Shown piece by piece: positions 17,641-31,020 of a stretch of 64,000 bases of DNA. Made by a program: the position numbers and the translations under genes. The notes below the pieces were generated by a model that ran no database searches, was not told where the DNA came from, and saw only the letters and a list, made by a program, of their open reading frames with translations. This DNA comes from an uncultured Alphaproteobacteria bacterium. GTDB taxonomy: Bacteria > Pseudomonadota > Alphaproteobacteria > Puniceispirillales > Puniceispirillaceae. The stretch's first letter is position 1. Every line of letters starts with the position of its first letter. The DNA is taken from assembly GCA_937988715.1 (NCBI GenBank), contig CALKIF010000007.1:2042-66041 (forward strand), in the 5' to 3' direction.

Positions 17641-18423
17641 ATGATTATCGCTGCTAACTGGAAGATGAATCCACAACCATCTGACGTCGCATCGCTTTTT
17701 GCCGGATATTGCGGGGATCAGCGTATTACACAGGCGAGAGCTGAAATCTTGTGTTTCGTGCCCTCTTGTTATCTGGCCTTGGCCGAACAGGCGTTTGAAA
17801 AGACAACGATAAAATGGGGTGCGCAGAACTGTCATCCAGAGCCGTCAGGGGCCTATACAGGAGAAGTGTCAGCTGAAATGATCAGCAGTTTCGGCGGCAG
17901 TTGGGTTCTGGCAGGTCATTCTGAGCGCCGAAGCGGGTTTGGTGAGACAGATGAGTTTATTAGCGCAAAGCTGGTTGCGGCGATCAAGGCGGGGCTGAAT
18001 GTTGTGCTTTGTGTCGGTGAGCCCAAAGAGCAGCGTGAGCGCGGCACACAAAACCAATATGTGGCCACACAATTGGCGGCCAGCCTGGCCGCGTTTGGCG
18101 CTGAGACATCTGACTGGCAAGCGGCTCATTTAAAGCAGCTGGTCATTGCTTATGAGCCTGTTTGGGCCATTGGTACAGGCCTTGTGGCCACAACTGTGCA
18201 GATTGACGATATGCACACTCATATTCATGCACAGCTTGAACAGCGGTTTGCGTCTCTCCAGGCGGGGGCTATGCCACCTATCCTGTATGGCGGGTCAGTA
18301 AAAGATGACAACGCTAAAGACATTCTCAGCCTGCCTCTTGTGGGCGGGGCCTTGGTCGGCGGGGCGTCGTTGTCAGCCAGCAGTTTTGCGGCCATAGCTG
18401 GCTGTGCGGATATGGTTATCTGA
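17641..18423 (+). CDS. tpiA: Triosephosphate isomerase
   Basis: AANWKMN, GHSERR, AYEPVWAIGTG and YGGSV. Confidence 0.95.
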   Translation: MIIAANWKMNPQPSDVASLFAGYCGDQRITQARAEILCFVPSCYLALAEQAFEKTTIKWGAQNCHPEPSGAYTGEVSAEMISSFGGSWVLAGHSERRSGFGETDEFISAKLVAAIKAGLNVVLCVGEPKEQRERGTQNQYVATQLAASLAAFGAETSDWQAAHLKQLVIAYEPVWAIGTGLVATTVQIDDMHTHIHAQLEQRFASLQAGAMPPILYGGSVKDDNAKDILSLPLVGGALVGGASLSASSFAAIAGCADMVI

Positions 18424-18542
18424 AGGGTTTGCCGGTTCGGGGAAGGGGGATGCCCATTTTTTCTTTGCACAACCTCTTTCAATTTGTTAGGAAAATGCCG
18501 GTGTAGCGTGTCTGCACGATACAGTTCAAGACAGGTAGTTTT

Positions 18543-20550
<2,008 letters not shown>

Positions 20551-20603
20551 CCGGCGGGCGGATCAGTCTGTTTTGCGTTCATTTTTGCGCGGGGAATACA
20601 CAG

Positions 20604-21422
20604 ATGACAAAGGTAATGGTTTCAGATTTTGAGGTAGGAGACGGCGCCCCGCTGGTGCTGATTTCCGGTCCTTGCCAGATAGAAGGGCGTGATCATGCCT
20701 TATATCATGCTGAGGCCTTGCAAAACGCCGCCCGCGCGGCCGGGATGAATTTTGTCTATAAATCCTCTTTTGATAAAGCAAACCGGACCTCTTTGTCCGC
20801 ACAACGCGGTGTCGGCCTGGACGAAGGGGTGCAAATACTGGCTGATGTGAAAGCCGCGCTGGGCTGTCCTGTCTTAACAGATGTACATCTGCCCGAACAT
20901 TGTGCGGTTACTGCTGAAGCGGTGGATATTCTGCAAATCCCGGCCTTTTTATGCCGGCAGACAGATTTGCTGGTCGCGGCCGCCCAGACCGGGGCTGTTG
21001 TGAATGTCAAAAAGGGTCAGTTTCTGGCCCCCTGGGATATGCAGCATGTTGCCGATAAGCTGGTTCAGTCAGGCAATTCGCGTGTGCTGCTCACAGAACG
21101 AGGCACATCTTTTGGCTATAATACGCTGGTCAGTGACATGAGAAGCCTGCCACAGATGCGCAGCACGGGGTTTCCGGTCATTTTTGACGCGACGCATTCT
21201 GTTCAGCAGCCTGGCGGATTGGGCGGGGCATCTGGCGGACAACGTGAATTTGTTCCTGTTTTGGCCCGTGCGGCGGTGGCTGTTGGTGTGGACGGCCTGT
21301 TTATGGAGGCTCATGAAGATCCGGATAACGCGCCGTCAGATGGGCCGAATATGGTGCCTTTGGACCAGATGCCTGACTTGCTGGTCACATTATCGAGACT
21401 TGCCGAAGCCGCAAACGGCTAA
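20604..21422 (+). CDS. kdsA: 3-deoxy-8-phosphooctulonate (KDO-8-P) synthase
   Basis: [31 protein letters not shown] and [12 protein letters not shown]. Confidence 0.95.
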   Translation: MTKVMVSDFEVGDGAPLVLISGPCQIEGRDHALYHAEALQNAARAAGMNFVYKSSFDKANRTSLSAQRGVGLDEGVQILADVKAALGCPVLTDVHLPEHCAVTAEAVDILQIPAFLCRQTDLLVAAAQTGAVVNVKKGQFLAPWDMQHVADKLVQSGNSRVLLTERGTSFGYNTLVSDMRSLPQMRSTGFPVIFDATHSVQQPGGLGGASGGQREFVPVLARAAVAVGVDGLFMEAHEDPDNAPSDGPNMVPLDQMPDLLVTLSRLAEAANG

Positions 21423-22730
<1,308 letters not shown>

Positions 22731-22780
22731 CCGGCACTCTCTGTTTCTTCCTAAACTTCATAAAAACCCAATGAATCCGG

Positions 22781-22816
22781 CGATTCGCTTTTCGCTTGAC
22801 CAGTCGAATCGTTTTT
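22781..22816 (+). terminator. Possible terminator after eno
   Basis: CGATTCG (22781-22787) pairs with CGAATCG (22805-22811), followed by TTTTT. The loop is large (17 nt), so this is weak. Confidence 0.35.
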
Positions 22817-22860
22817 GATTCACTGAACTTGTCTTGTGAAAACTGACAGGTGAAACCACA

Positions 22861-23184
22861 ATGTATCCTTCCTTGCGCCGTCCTATCGCCTTTGCGGGCA
22901 GTCTTGTCCTAACCGGAACACTGATCGTGTTTTTTGGTTTTCATACCATCGCCGGCGAAAGAGGCCTGTTGGCCCGCGGCGATATTGACAGAGAAATTCA
23001 AGCGGCACGCGAGTCCCTTGCTTTGCTGGAGAAGCAAAACCATTTCCTCGAACACCGGATAAGACTGCTTCGGTCCGGGGCTGTTGATGCCGACATGCTG
23101 GCAGAGACCGCACGGGCCAATGTGGGCATGTATAGTGAGAATGATGTGATTATTTCAATTGATTTAAGTAAATTGAAATTTTAA
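22861..23184 (+). CDS. ftsB: Septum formation initiator (FtsB/DivIC family)
   Basis: One N-terminal TM segment followed by a coiled coil (LALLEKQNHFLEHRIRLL). The position between eno and pdhA is conserved in Alphaproteobacteria. Confidence 0.75.
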   Translation: MYPSLRRPIAFAGSLVLTGTLIVFFGFHTIAGERGLLARGDIDREIQAARESLALLEKQNHFLEHRIRLLRSGAVDADMLAETARANVGMYSENDVIISIDLSKLKF

Positions 23185-23336
23185 TATCACCAGATATTAA
23201 CTGAAAAACAGTTTATATATAAAAAATCGTTATTATTCAATATAATAAAAATCTTGCAAAAAACATTATTTTGCCGTCATCCTTGCATCTGTAGAACATG
23301 ACAGTCAAAGCTCGTCAGGGCTGAAAGGGAAGACGC

Positions 23337-24359
23337 ATGGCCGATAAACAGAACACCGCGCGAAAGCGGGGCCGGCCGCCAAAGGCGGTAATTAATGACA
23401 AGCCGTCACGTGAAGTTTTGGAACAGCTGTATGAACAGATGATCCTGATCAGACGGTTTGAGGAAAAAGCCGGCCAGCTGTATGGCATGGGCCATATTGG
23501 CGGGTTTTGTCATCTTTATATCGGTCAGGAAGCGGTTGTGGTGGGCATGCAGTCCATGGCAGAAGACGGCGATTCAGTAGTGACCTCTTATCGTGACCAC
23601 GGCCATATGCTGGCTTGCGGCATGGACTCCAGTGGCGTGATGGCGGAATTAACCGGGCGGCGTGATGGCTATTCACGTGGCAAGGGCGGGTCAATGCATA
23701 TGTTTAGCCGCGAGAAGAATTTTTATGGCGGGCATGGCATTGTCGCCGCACAGGTGCCCATTGGGGCTGGTCTGGCCTTTGCCCATAAATATAAAGGTGA
23801 TGGCGGGGTGAACATGGCCTATCTGGGCGATGGTGCAGCCAATCAGGGCCAGGTTTATGAAACTTTCAATATGGCGGCCTTGTGGAAGCTGCCGGTCGTG
23901 TTTGTCATCGAAAATAATCAATATGGGATGGGAACCTCTGTTGCCAGAGCCGCTGCCGGTCAAGATCTGGCCGACAGAGGCAAGGCTTATGGTATTCCCG
24001 GTCTTCAGGTTGACGGCATGGATGTCTTGGCGGTCAGAGCTGCTGCCCGTGAAGCTCTTGATCACTGCCGCTCAGGCAAAGGCCCGTACATATTGGAGAT
24101 GAAGACCTACCGGTATCGCGGACATTCGATGTCAGACCCGGCGAAATACAGAACCCGTGATGAGGTTGATGCGATGCGCAAGCAGCATGATCCGATCGAA
24201 CAGTTGCGTGATTTGCTGCTGCGTGAGGGGGCTGATGAGGCTGGTCTGAAACAGATTGATCAGAAAGTGAAGTCTATTGTCAGCGAGGCAGCTGATTTTG
24301 CGCTGGCCAGCCCTGAGCCTGATGCAGAAGACCTCTATACAGATATTCTGATCGCCTGA
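23337..24359 (+). CDS. pdhA: Pyruvate dehydrogenase E1 alpha subunit
   Basis: [18 protein letters not shown] and [12 protein letters not shown] (TPP motif). Confidence 0.95.
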   Translation: MADKQNTARKRGRPPKAVINDKPSREVLEQLYEQMILIRRFEEKAGQLYGMGHIGGFCHLYIGQEAVVVGMQSMAEDGDSVVTSYRDHGHMLACGMDSSGVMAELTGRRDGYSRGKGGSMHMFSREKNFYGGHGIVAAQVPIGAGLAFAHKYKGDGGVNMAYLGDGAANQGQVYETFNMAALWKLPVVFVIENNQYGMGTSVARAAAGQDLADRGKAYGIPGLQVDGMDVLAVRAAAREALDHCRSGKGPYILEMKTYRYRGHSMSDPAKYRTRDEVDAMRKQHDPIEQLRDLLLREGADEAGLKQIDQKVKSIVSEAADFALASPEPDAEDLYTDILIA

Positions 24360-24394
24360 CCCAGGCTGACGTTTCAATAAAGGATAGTGAAATT

Positions 24395-24640
24395 ATGGCA
24401 GTAGACATTAAAATGCCGGCTCTGTCGCCAACCATGACAGAAGGACGCTTGTCCAGATGGCTTGTAAAAACAGGTGATGAGGTCAAATCAGGTGATGTGA
24501 TCGCTGAAATTGAAACCGATAAAGCAACGATGGAAGTTGAGGCCGTTGATGAAGGCGTTGTCGGTGAGATTACTGTTGCTGAGGGTAGCGAGGGTGTGGC
24601 GGTCGGCGCGGTGATTGCGCGCCTGCTGGAAGACGGAGAG
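24395..24640 (+). repeat. Lipoyl-domain module, copy 1 (in pdhB)
   Basis: 62 of 82 residues are identical to copy 2 by my position-by-position count. Shared nucleotide runs are tcgccaaccatgacagaagg (20 nt) and gctgaaattgaaaccgataaagc (23 nt). Confidence 0.9.
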
Positions 24641-25756
24641 ACAGATTTGCCGGCCTCTGCTGAACAGAATCTGGACAGACCGCCAGCAGAACCAGCACCA
24701 ACAGGTGCGGCTGTCGTTGTTGAGGCTGTGGCGGCCACTCAGGTAGTTGCTGAACCAGATTGGGACGGGCCAACCAAACAGCAAACTGTCCGTGAAGCTT
24801 TGCGTGATGCGATGGCAGAAGAAATGCGGAAAGATGAACGCGTGTTCGTGATGGGCGAAGAAGTGGCCGAATATCAGGGCGCTTATAAAGTTACCCAGGG
24901 TCTGCTGGATGAATTTTCCAACAAGCGGGTCATTGATACTCCGATTACCGAACATGGCTTTGCCGGCCTCGGGGTAGGGGCGGCCTTTGGTGAGTTGCGC
25001 CCGGTGATTGAATTTATGACCTTCAATTTTTCAATGCAGGCAATTGATCAGATTATCAATTCCGCAGCAAAGACATTATACATGTCGGGTGGGCAGATGG
25101 GCTGTCCGATTGTGTTTCGCGGGCCGAACGGGGCTGCCAGCCGGGTGGCTGCCCAGCATTCACAATGTTATGCCAGCTGGTATGCACATTGCCCGGGCCT
25201 GAAGGTTGTCTCGCCCTGGTCTGCTGCTGATGCCAAAGGCTTGCTGAAAGCCGCCATCCGTGATCCGAACCCGGTTATTTTCCTTGAAAATGAAGTGATG
25301 TACGGCCAGAGCTTTGACGTGCCTGAACATGAAGACTGGGTTGTGCCTATCGGCAAGGCCAAGGTGGTCCGCCCTGGCAGCGATGTCACCATCACCGCCT
25401 TTTCCATCATGGTGGGCAAAGCCCTGGAAGCAGCAGAACAGCTGGCCGCAGAAGGTATTGATGCTGAAGTGATTGATTTGCGCACCATCCGGCCTCTGGA
25501 TACCGAAACGATTGTAGAATCGGTAAAGAAAACCTCTCGCTTAATCTCTTGTGAAGAAGGATTTCCCTTTGCAGGCATAGGATCAGAGCTGGCTGTGCAG
25601 ATGATGGAACAGGCCTTTGATTATCTTGACGCCCCGGTGATGCGGGTGACAGGCAAGGATGTGCCGATGCCATATGCTGCCAATCTTGAAAAACTGGCTC
25701 TGCCTCAGGCTGATGATATCGTGGCCGCTGCCCGTCAGGCCTGTTACCGCACTTAA
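24395..25756 (+). CDS. pdhB: Pyruvate dehydrogenase E1 beta subunit with N-terminal lipoyl domain
   Basis: A lipoyl domain ([13 protein letters not shown]) and Ala/Pro linker are followed by a transketolase-like E1-beta domain ([11 protein letters not shown]...). Confidence 0.95.
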   Translation: MAVDIKMPALSPTMTEGRLSRWLVKTGDEVKSGDVIAEIETDKATMEVEAVDEGVVGEITVAEGSEGVAVGAVIARLLEDGETDLPASAEQNLDRPPAEPAPTGAAVVVEAVAATQVVAEPDWDGPTKQQTVREALRDAMAEEMRKDERVFVMGEEVAEYQGAYKVTQGLLDEFSNKRVIDTPITEHGFAGLGVGAAFGELRPVIEFMTFNFSMQAIDQIINSAAKTLYMSGGQMGCPIVFRGPNGAASRVAAQHSQCYASWYAHCPGLKVVSPWSAADAKGLLKAAIRDPNPVIFLENEVMYGQSFDVPEHEDWVVPIGKAKVVRPGSDVTITAFSIMVGKALEAAEQLAAEGIDAEVIDLRTIRPLDTETIVESVKKTSRLISCEEGFPFAGIGSELAVQMMEQAFDYLDAPVMRVTGKDVPMPYAANLEKLALPQADDIVAAARQACYRT

Positions 25757-25766
25757 GGAGGCTGAT

Positions 25767-26012
25767 ATGTCTGTATCTGTTCTTATGCCCGCACTTTCGC
25801 CAACCATGACAGAAGGCACACTTGCACGCTGGCTGGTCAAAGAGGGAGACAGCGTCAAGTCAGGTGACGTCATAGCTGAAATTGAAACCGATAAAGCGAC
25901 CATGGAAGTTGAAGCCCTTGATGACGGGGTTGTGGCGAAACTGGCTGTTGCTGAAGGAACACAAAATGTGGCTGTGAATGCAGTGATTGCGGTTCTGGCA
26001 GAAGACGGGGAA
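25767..26012 (+). repeat. Lipoyl-domain module, copy 2 (in pdhC)
   Basis: See copy 1. Confidence 0.9.
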
Positions 26013-27038
26013 AGTGTTGATGACGCGCTTGCTGCTGTTGCCGCCGTACCAGCTGCTGCCCCCTCAACACCGCCGCAAACAGATGCGCCAGCCGCCGCGC
26101 CAGCTGCGGCAACAAGCCCTGTTCAGCCTGCTGTTACTCCTGAACTAACAGCCAGGTCAGACCGGGTGTTTGCCAGCCCGCTGGCCCGCCGCATTGCCGC
26201 TGATGCCGGTCTTGAGCTGGCCCGTTTGTCCGGAACAGGCCCGCATGGCCGTATCATCAGGGCAGATGTGGAAGAAGCTTTGGCTTCTGGGGCGTCCGGG
26301 GCTGCTGTTCAGCCAGCCGCGGTTTCGCGGACAGCTTCTGCCGCAGTCCCTGCTGAAGAGCGGTTTGTGCCGCATAACGCGATGCGGCGCGTGATTGCAG
26401 ACAGACTGCAGCAGTCAAAACAAACCGCGCCTCATTTCTATCTGACTGTGGATTGCGAGATTGATAATCTGCTTGCCGCGCGTAAGGCCCTGAATGAAGC
26501 GGCTGAGGACGGCGTGAAAATTTCTGTCAATGACATGGTGGTCAAAGCCGCTGCTGCTGCCCTCATGGCTGAACCAGATGTGAACGGTTATTTCGAAGCT
26601 GAGGGTTGCCGCTATTTCAGCACGGCTGATATTTGTGTGGCTGTGGCGGTTGATGGTGGTCTGGTGACCCCTGTTATCCATGATGTCCAGAATCTGGGTC
26701 TGGCCGATATATCACGTAAAACAAGCGATTTAGCCAGCCGCGCCCGGGCAGGCACGCTTGATCCGTCTGAATATGCGGGCGGCAGCTTCACCATCTCTAA
26801 TCTGGGTATGTTTGGAATCCGTGAATTTGCAGCTGTTATCAATCCGCCGCAATCCGCAATCCTGGCGGTGGGGGCGGGCGAGCAACGCCCTGTTGTCAAA
26901 AATGGTGAATTGGCTGTGGCGACAGTGATGACGGTCACATTATCTGCTGATCACAGAATTGTTGATGGCGCGCTTGGAGCGAAATGGCTGCAGGCCTTCA
27001 AACGCGCGATAGAACAGCCCGTCACCATGTTGTTATAG
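25767..27038 (+). CDS. pdhC: Dihydrolipoamide acetyltransferase (PDH E2)
   Basis: Lipoyl domain, peripheral subunit-binding domain (ASPLARRIAADAGL) and catalytic DHRIVDG. Start trimmed to ATG 25767 behind AAGGAGG. Confidence 0.93.
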   Translation: MSVSVLMPALSPTMTEGTLARWLVKEGDSVKSGDVIAEIETDKATMEVEALDDGVVAKLAVAEGTQNVAVNAVIAVLAEDGESVDDALAAVAAVPAAAPSTPPQTDAPAAAPAAATSPVQPAVTPELTARSDRVFASPLARRIAADAGLELARLSGTGPHGRIIRADVEEALASGASGAAVQPAAVSRTASAAVPAEERFVPHNAMRRVIADRLQQSKQTAPHFYLTVDCEIDNLLAARKALNEAAEDGVKISVNDMVVKAAAAALMAEPDVNGYFEAEGCRYFSTADICVAVAVDGGLVTPVIHDVQNLGLADISRKTSDLASRARAGTLDPSEYAGGSFTISNLGMFGIREFAAVINPPQSAILAVGAGEQRPVVKNGELAVATVMTVTLSADHRIVDGALGAKWLQAFKRAIEQPVTMLL

Positions 27039-27088
27039 GCCAAATTACAGGCAGGATAGAAACCCATTTCAGAAAGGCAGTCGTTAAG

Positions 27089-28501
27089 ATGACACAGACA
27101 GCTTCATTTGATGTTCTTGTGATTGGTGGCGGACCAGGGGGCTATGTTGCCGCGATACGCGCCAGTCAGTTGGGGATGCGGGTCGGTCTGGTTGAGCGTG
27201 AGCATTTAGGCGGGATTTGTCTGAACTGGGGCTGTATCCCCACCAAAGCCCTGCTGCGGGCGGCGGAGTTGCGCCATAATCTGGAACATCTGTCTGACTT
27301 TGGTATCGAAGTTGAGGGCACGGTTTCTGTAAATCTGGATAAGGTTGTGGCCCGGTCACGCAAGGTGGCCAGCCGATTATCCGGCGGGGTTGCCCATCTG
27401 TTAAAGAAGAACAAGGTCGATGTGATTGACGGCACAGCCAAACTGGCCGGGCGCAAGCAGGATATCTGGTCTGTTGATATCAGCGGTAAGGCAGCACAAA
27501 CGGTACAGGCAAAGCACGTCATTATTGCCACCGGGGCACGTGCACGCCAGCTGCCCGGGCTGGAAACAGACGGCACGCAAATCCTGTCATATAAAGAAGC
27601 GATGGTTCCCAAATCCATGCCGAAATCCCTGATTGTTGTTGGATCAGGGGCGATTGGTGTTGAATTTGCCAGTTTTTATCGCGACATGGGTGTTGAGGTC
27701 ACCATTATCGAGGCCCTTGACCGGATTTTAAATGCTGAGGATGCTGAAATTTCAGCTCTGGCGCATAAGTCCTTTGAAAAGCGGGGGATTGCCATTCACA
27801 CCTCTGCCCAGCTGAAAGCATTTGAAAAAACCAAAAACAGTGTCAAAGCCACTGTCATGCTGAAGGGCAAGCAGGAAGTCATATCTGCAGAACAGGTGAT
27901 TATGGCGGTAGGCATCGTTGGTAATTCAGAAGGCCTCGGCCTGGAGGCGACCAAGGTCAAGCTGGACAGAGGGCATATCGTCACCAATCAGGTGATGGCA
28001 ACTGATGAGCCGGGCCTTTATGCCATTGGCGATGTTACCGGCGCGCCATGGCTTGCCCATAAGGCCAGCCATGAGGGCATTTTATGCATTGAGGCTATTG
28101 CGGGGCTGAAAAACTTGCATCCCATTAAACCAGAGGCCGTGCCAGGCTGTACCTATTGCCGCCCACAGGTGGCCTCAGTCGGCCTCAGCGAAGCCAAGGC
28201 CAAAGAGCAGGGCTATAAAATCAAGGTTGGCAAATTTCCGTTCCTGGGCAATGGTAAGGCGATCGCTCTGGGTGATGATGAAGGGCTGATCAAAACCATT
28301 TTTGATGAAAAGACAGGCGCGTTACTGGGCGCACATATGATCGGCCCAGAGGTTACAGAATTGATCCAAGGCTATGTTGTTGCGCAGACATTGGAGACGA
28401 CTGAGACTGAGCTGATGCAGACGATTTTCCCGCATCCGACACTGTCTGAAGCCATGCATGAAGCCGTTCTTGATGCCTATGGCAAAGCGATCCATTTTTA
28501 A
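27089..28501 (+). CDS. lpdA: Dihydrolipoyl dehydrogenase (E3)
   Basis: FDVLVIGGGPGGYVAAIRA, the redox disulfide GGICLNWGCIPTK and C-terminal HPTLSE. Start trimmed to ATG 27089. Confidence 0.93.
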   Translation: MTQTASFDVLVIGGGPGGYVAAIRASQLGMRVGLVEREHLGGICLNWGCIPTKALLRAAELRHNLEHLSDFGIEVEGTVSVNLDKVVARSRKVASRLSGGVAHLLKKNKVDVIDGTAKLAGRKQDIWSVDISGKAAQTVQAKHVIIATGARARQLPGLETDGTQILSYKEAMVPKSMPKSLIVVGSGAIGVEFASFYRDMGVEVTIIEALDRILNAEDAEISALAHKSFEKRGIAIHTSAQLKAFEKTKNSVKATVMLKGKQEVISAEQVIMAVGIVGNSEGLGLEATKVKLDRGHIVTNQVMATDEPGLYAIGDVTGAPWLAHKASHEGILCIEAIAGLKNLHPIKPEAVPGCTYCRPQVASVGLSEAKAKEQGYKIKVGKFPFLGNGKAIALGDDEGLIKTIFDEKTGALLGAHMIGPEVTELIQGYVVAQTLETTETELMQTIFPHPTLSEAMHEAVLDAYGKAIHF

Positions 28502-28611
28502 ATGATTTGTGGCCATTTTTGAAAAAGGCATGTGTGAAGTCTTTTTTCAAGCCAAGAACTGATGTAGGCACAAGCAGAGGACAGCTGCTGTCACGCAGAG
28601 GATAAAAAAGA

Positions 28612-29580
28612 ATGCCGTCTCCAAATCTGACAAAAGGTGCCGCCAGGCATCCAGAAAAAAGACGTAATGAGGACAAACCGCAACCGCGCCGCCCGGATTG
28701 GCTGCGGGTGAAGGCCCCGCGCGCAGGCGCATTTTCAGAGACCAAACGTCTGATGCGTGATCTGGACCTTGTGACTGTGTGTGAAGAGGCCGCTTGCCCG
28801 AATATCGGTGAATGCTGGGCAAATAAACATGCCACCATGATGATTCTGGGGTCTGTATGCACACGGGCCTGTGCGTTCTGTAATGTGGCGACAGGCCGGC
28901 CTGATTTGCTTGATCCGCATGAACCTGACCATGTTGCTGAGGCGGTTGCCCGTCTTGGCCTGCGCCATGTTGTGATCACTTCTGTGGACAGAGATGATCT
29001 GGATGATGGCGGGGCAGATCATTTTGCCCGGACAATCGCTGCTATCCGGCTCAGCTCACCAGAGACAACAATAGAAGTGCTGACCCCTGATTTTCTGCGC
29101 AAAGAAGGGGCTGTTGAACAGGTAGTCGCGGCAAGGCCTGATGTGTTTAATCACAATATGGAGACAGTTGAGCGCCTATATAAGCCTATTCGCCCTGGTG
29201 CACGTTATGCGCATTCTCTGGACGTGCTGAAACAGGTCAAAACACTGAATCCGTCTATTTTCACCAAATCCGGCATTATGGTTGGTCTGGGCGAAACTGA
29301 TGATGAGGTGGCAGAGATGATGGACCATCTGCGGGCAGCAGATGTGGATTTCATGACCATTGGCCAGTATCTTCAGCCAACCCCTAAACATGCTGCTGTT
29401 GAGAGGTTTGTCACTCCGGACCAATTCGCGGCCTATGCTGAATGGGGCCAGGAAAAAGGCTTTTTGATGATGGCTTCAACACCGTTGACCCGCTCATCCT
29501 ATCATGCTGATGCTGATTTTGCGGCCCTTCAGAAAGAGCGTAACAGGCGGCTTGAACAGGCCCCCCGCGCCAGTGTCTGA
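28612..29580 (+). CDS. lipA: Lipoyl synthase
   Basis: [12 protein letters not shown] and [10 protein letters not shown] (two Fe-S Cys clusters), plus TSVDRDDL. Confidence 0.97.
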   Translation: MPSPNLTKGAARHPEKRRNEDKPQPRRPDWLRVKAPRAGAFSETKRLMRDLDLVTVCEEAACPNIGECWANKHATMMILGSVCTRACAFCNVATGRPDLLDPHEPDHVAEAVARLGLRHVVITSVDRDDLDDGGADHFARTIAAIRLSSPETTIEVLTPDFLRKEGAVEQVVAARPDVFNHNMETVERLYKPIRPGARYAHSLDVLKQVKTLNPSIFTKSGIMVGLGETDDEVAEMMDHLRAADVDFMTIGQYLQPTPKHAAVERFVTPDQFAAYAEWGQEKGFLMMASTPLTRSSYHADADFAALQKERNRRLEQAPRASV

Positions 29581-29595
29581 AGGAGGGCAGGGCGG

Positions 29596-30045
29596 ATGAC
29601 AACTCATGCAGAACAGCGTTTGATCCATCACACGCCTGAACAGCTGTTTGATTTGGTTGCAGATGTTCGCCGGTATCCTGAATTCCTGCCCTGGTGTCTT
29701 GCCGCACGGATTAAAGAACGCTCACAGACCACGCTTGTTGCTGATCTCATCATCGGGTTTCAGATGTTCAAAGAACAGTTCACCTCTCATGTCAGCATGG
29801 ACAGAGATAATCTGATTATTGAAGTGGAATATGCAGAAGGCCCGTTTAAGTATCTGAAAAACAGATGGAAATTTATTGAACATCCTGATGGATGCGTGAT
29901 CGATTTCTATGTTGATTTCGAATTCCGCTCTCGCTTGTTGCAAACCGTCATTGAAAGCCTGTTCACAGAAGCGGTCAAGCGCATGGTCAGGGCGTTTGAG
30001 GCCAGAGCCGACCAGCTGTATAACCTGAAGGTAAAGCAGGGCTGA
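29596..30045 (+). CDS. SRPBCC/START-fold protein (RatA / COQ10-like)
   Basis: YPEFLPWC and the overall polyketide-cyclase/START pattern. The position after lipA is conserved. Confidence 0.75.
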   Translation: MTTHAEQRLIHHTPEQLFDLVADVRRYPEFLPWCLAARIKERSQTTLVADLIIGFQMFKEQFTSHVSMDRDNLIIEVEYAEGPFKYLKNRWKFIEHPDGCVIDFYVDFEFRSRLLQTVIESLFTEAVKRMVRAFEARADQLYNLKVKQG

Positions 30046-30048
30046 CGG

Positions 30049-30525
30049 TCAGCCAGCAGACAGTTTTTGCAAAAGTTCAATTGCCGCATCACAGGCAGCC
30101 TGTCTGATTTGCTGTCTGTCGCCGCTGAACTGATGGTGTTCTGTTATCTGGCGGCCATCTTCGCTGCAGGCCGATATCCAGACCAGCCCCACGGGTTTAT
30201 CCGGTGTGCCGCCGCCCGGCCCGGCAATACCAGTCAAAGACACAGACAGATCTGTTCCGGCAGTCTTTTGCCCGCCTTTGGCCATTTCGGCTGCTGTCTG
30301 TTGCGAGACCGCACCGAACCGGGCAAGTGTTTCCGGCGTAACCCCGACCATATCTTGTTTGGCCTGATTGCTGTAGGTGATAAACCCTCTGTCCAGCACA
30401 GCAGAGGCACCGGCGACAGCGGTCAGCGTGCTGAACACCAGCCCGCCAGTACAGGATTCAACCGTGCACAGGGTTTTACCTGTTTCTGTCAGATGTTCAA
30501 TCAAGTCATCAGCATTTGTGGTCAT
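30049..30525 (-). CDS. CinA C-terminal-domain protein (nicotinamide-nucleotide amidase PncC-like)
   Basis: TVESCTGGL, GFITYSNQAK and SLTGIAGPGGG. Confidence 0.8.
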   Translation of the reverse strand: MTTNADDLIEHLTETGKTLCTVESCTGGLVFSTLTAVAGASAVLDRGFITYSNQAKQDMVGVTPETLARFGAVSQQTAAEMAKGGQKTAGTDLSVSLTGIAGPGGGTPDKPVGLVWISACSEDGRQITEHHQFSGDRQQIRQAACDAAIELLQKLSAG

Positions 30526-30552
30526 ATCCGGCCTCCCGGGATGTGGCTGGCG

Positions 30553-31020
30553 TTAAGGGGTATAAATAAACAGCTGCGCCATAAGTAAGGCAATGCCGGC
30601 CAGCGTGCCCGCCACCAGATCATCTGCCATCACCCCGATGCCGCCAGGCAGACGTTCTGCTGCGGATACAGGCCAGGGTTTAAGGATATCAAACAGTCTG
30701 AACAGAAGAAACCCTGCGGCATACCACCAAAGGGCTGTATCCAGATTTGGCGGAATGCACAACAAAACAAGCCACTGTCCGGCGACCTCATCAATAATGA
30801 CCTCTCCCGCATCATGCTTGCCGGTCAGATGCGAATAGGCATCAGCGGCACATACGCCGATAATGGTCACCAGCAGCAGCGCGGGCAACAGCACCAAAAT
30901 GCCGCCTTTAGCCAGGAAAAAACCTGTCACAAGAGCAAATAGAGACCCTGCAGTACCAGGAGCGGGCAGGGATCGGCCCAAGGGCCCTAATGTTGCCAGT
31001 TGTGCCAGCAGCCCGCTCAT
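30553..31020 (-). CDS. pgpA: Phosphatidylglycerophosphatase A
   Basis: LPAPGTAGSLFAL, IDEVAGQW and FRLFDILKPWP. ATG 31020 forms an ATGA overlap with the ispDF stop. Confidence 0.85.
   Translation of the reverse strand: MSGLLAQLATLGPLGRSLPAPGTAGSLFALVTGFFLAKGGILVLLPALLLVTIIGVCAADAYSHLTGKHDAGEVIIDEVAGQWLVLLCIPPNLDTALWWYAAGFLLFRLFDILKPWPVSAAERLPGGIGVMADDLVAGTLAGIALLMAQLFIYTP

Noticed and set aside
18424-18542. Possible tRNA or small RNA in the intergenic spacers longer than 100 bp (18424-18542, 39717-39883, 17491-17640, 32259-32442).
   Set aside because: I found no T-arm (GTTCRANYC flanked by complementary 5-bp stems), acceptor-stem pairing or other recognisable RNA-family signature by eye. 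A covariance-model scan would be needed to exclude sRNAs.
25659-25766. N-terminal extensions in the ORF track for pdhC, and likewise for lpdA 26984, eno 21432, tctC 2908, tctB 2914, lysE 12526, yaiI 57332 and the oxidoreductase at 60753.
   Set aside because: The extensions overlap upstream genes or lack an SD. Internal ATG/GTG codons with good SDs give N-termini matching the known families.
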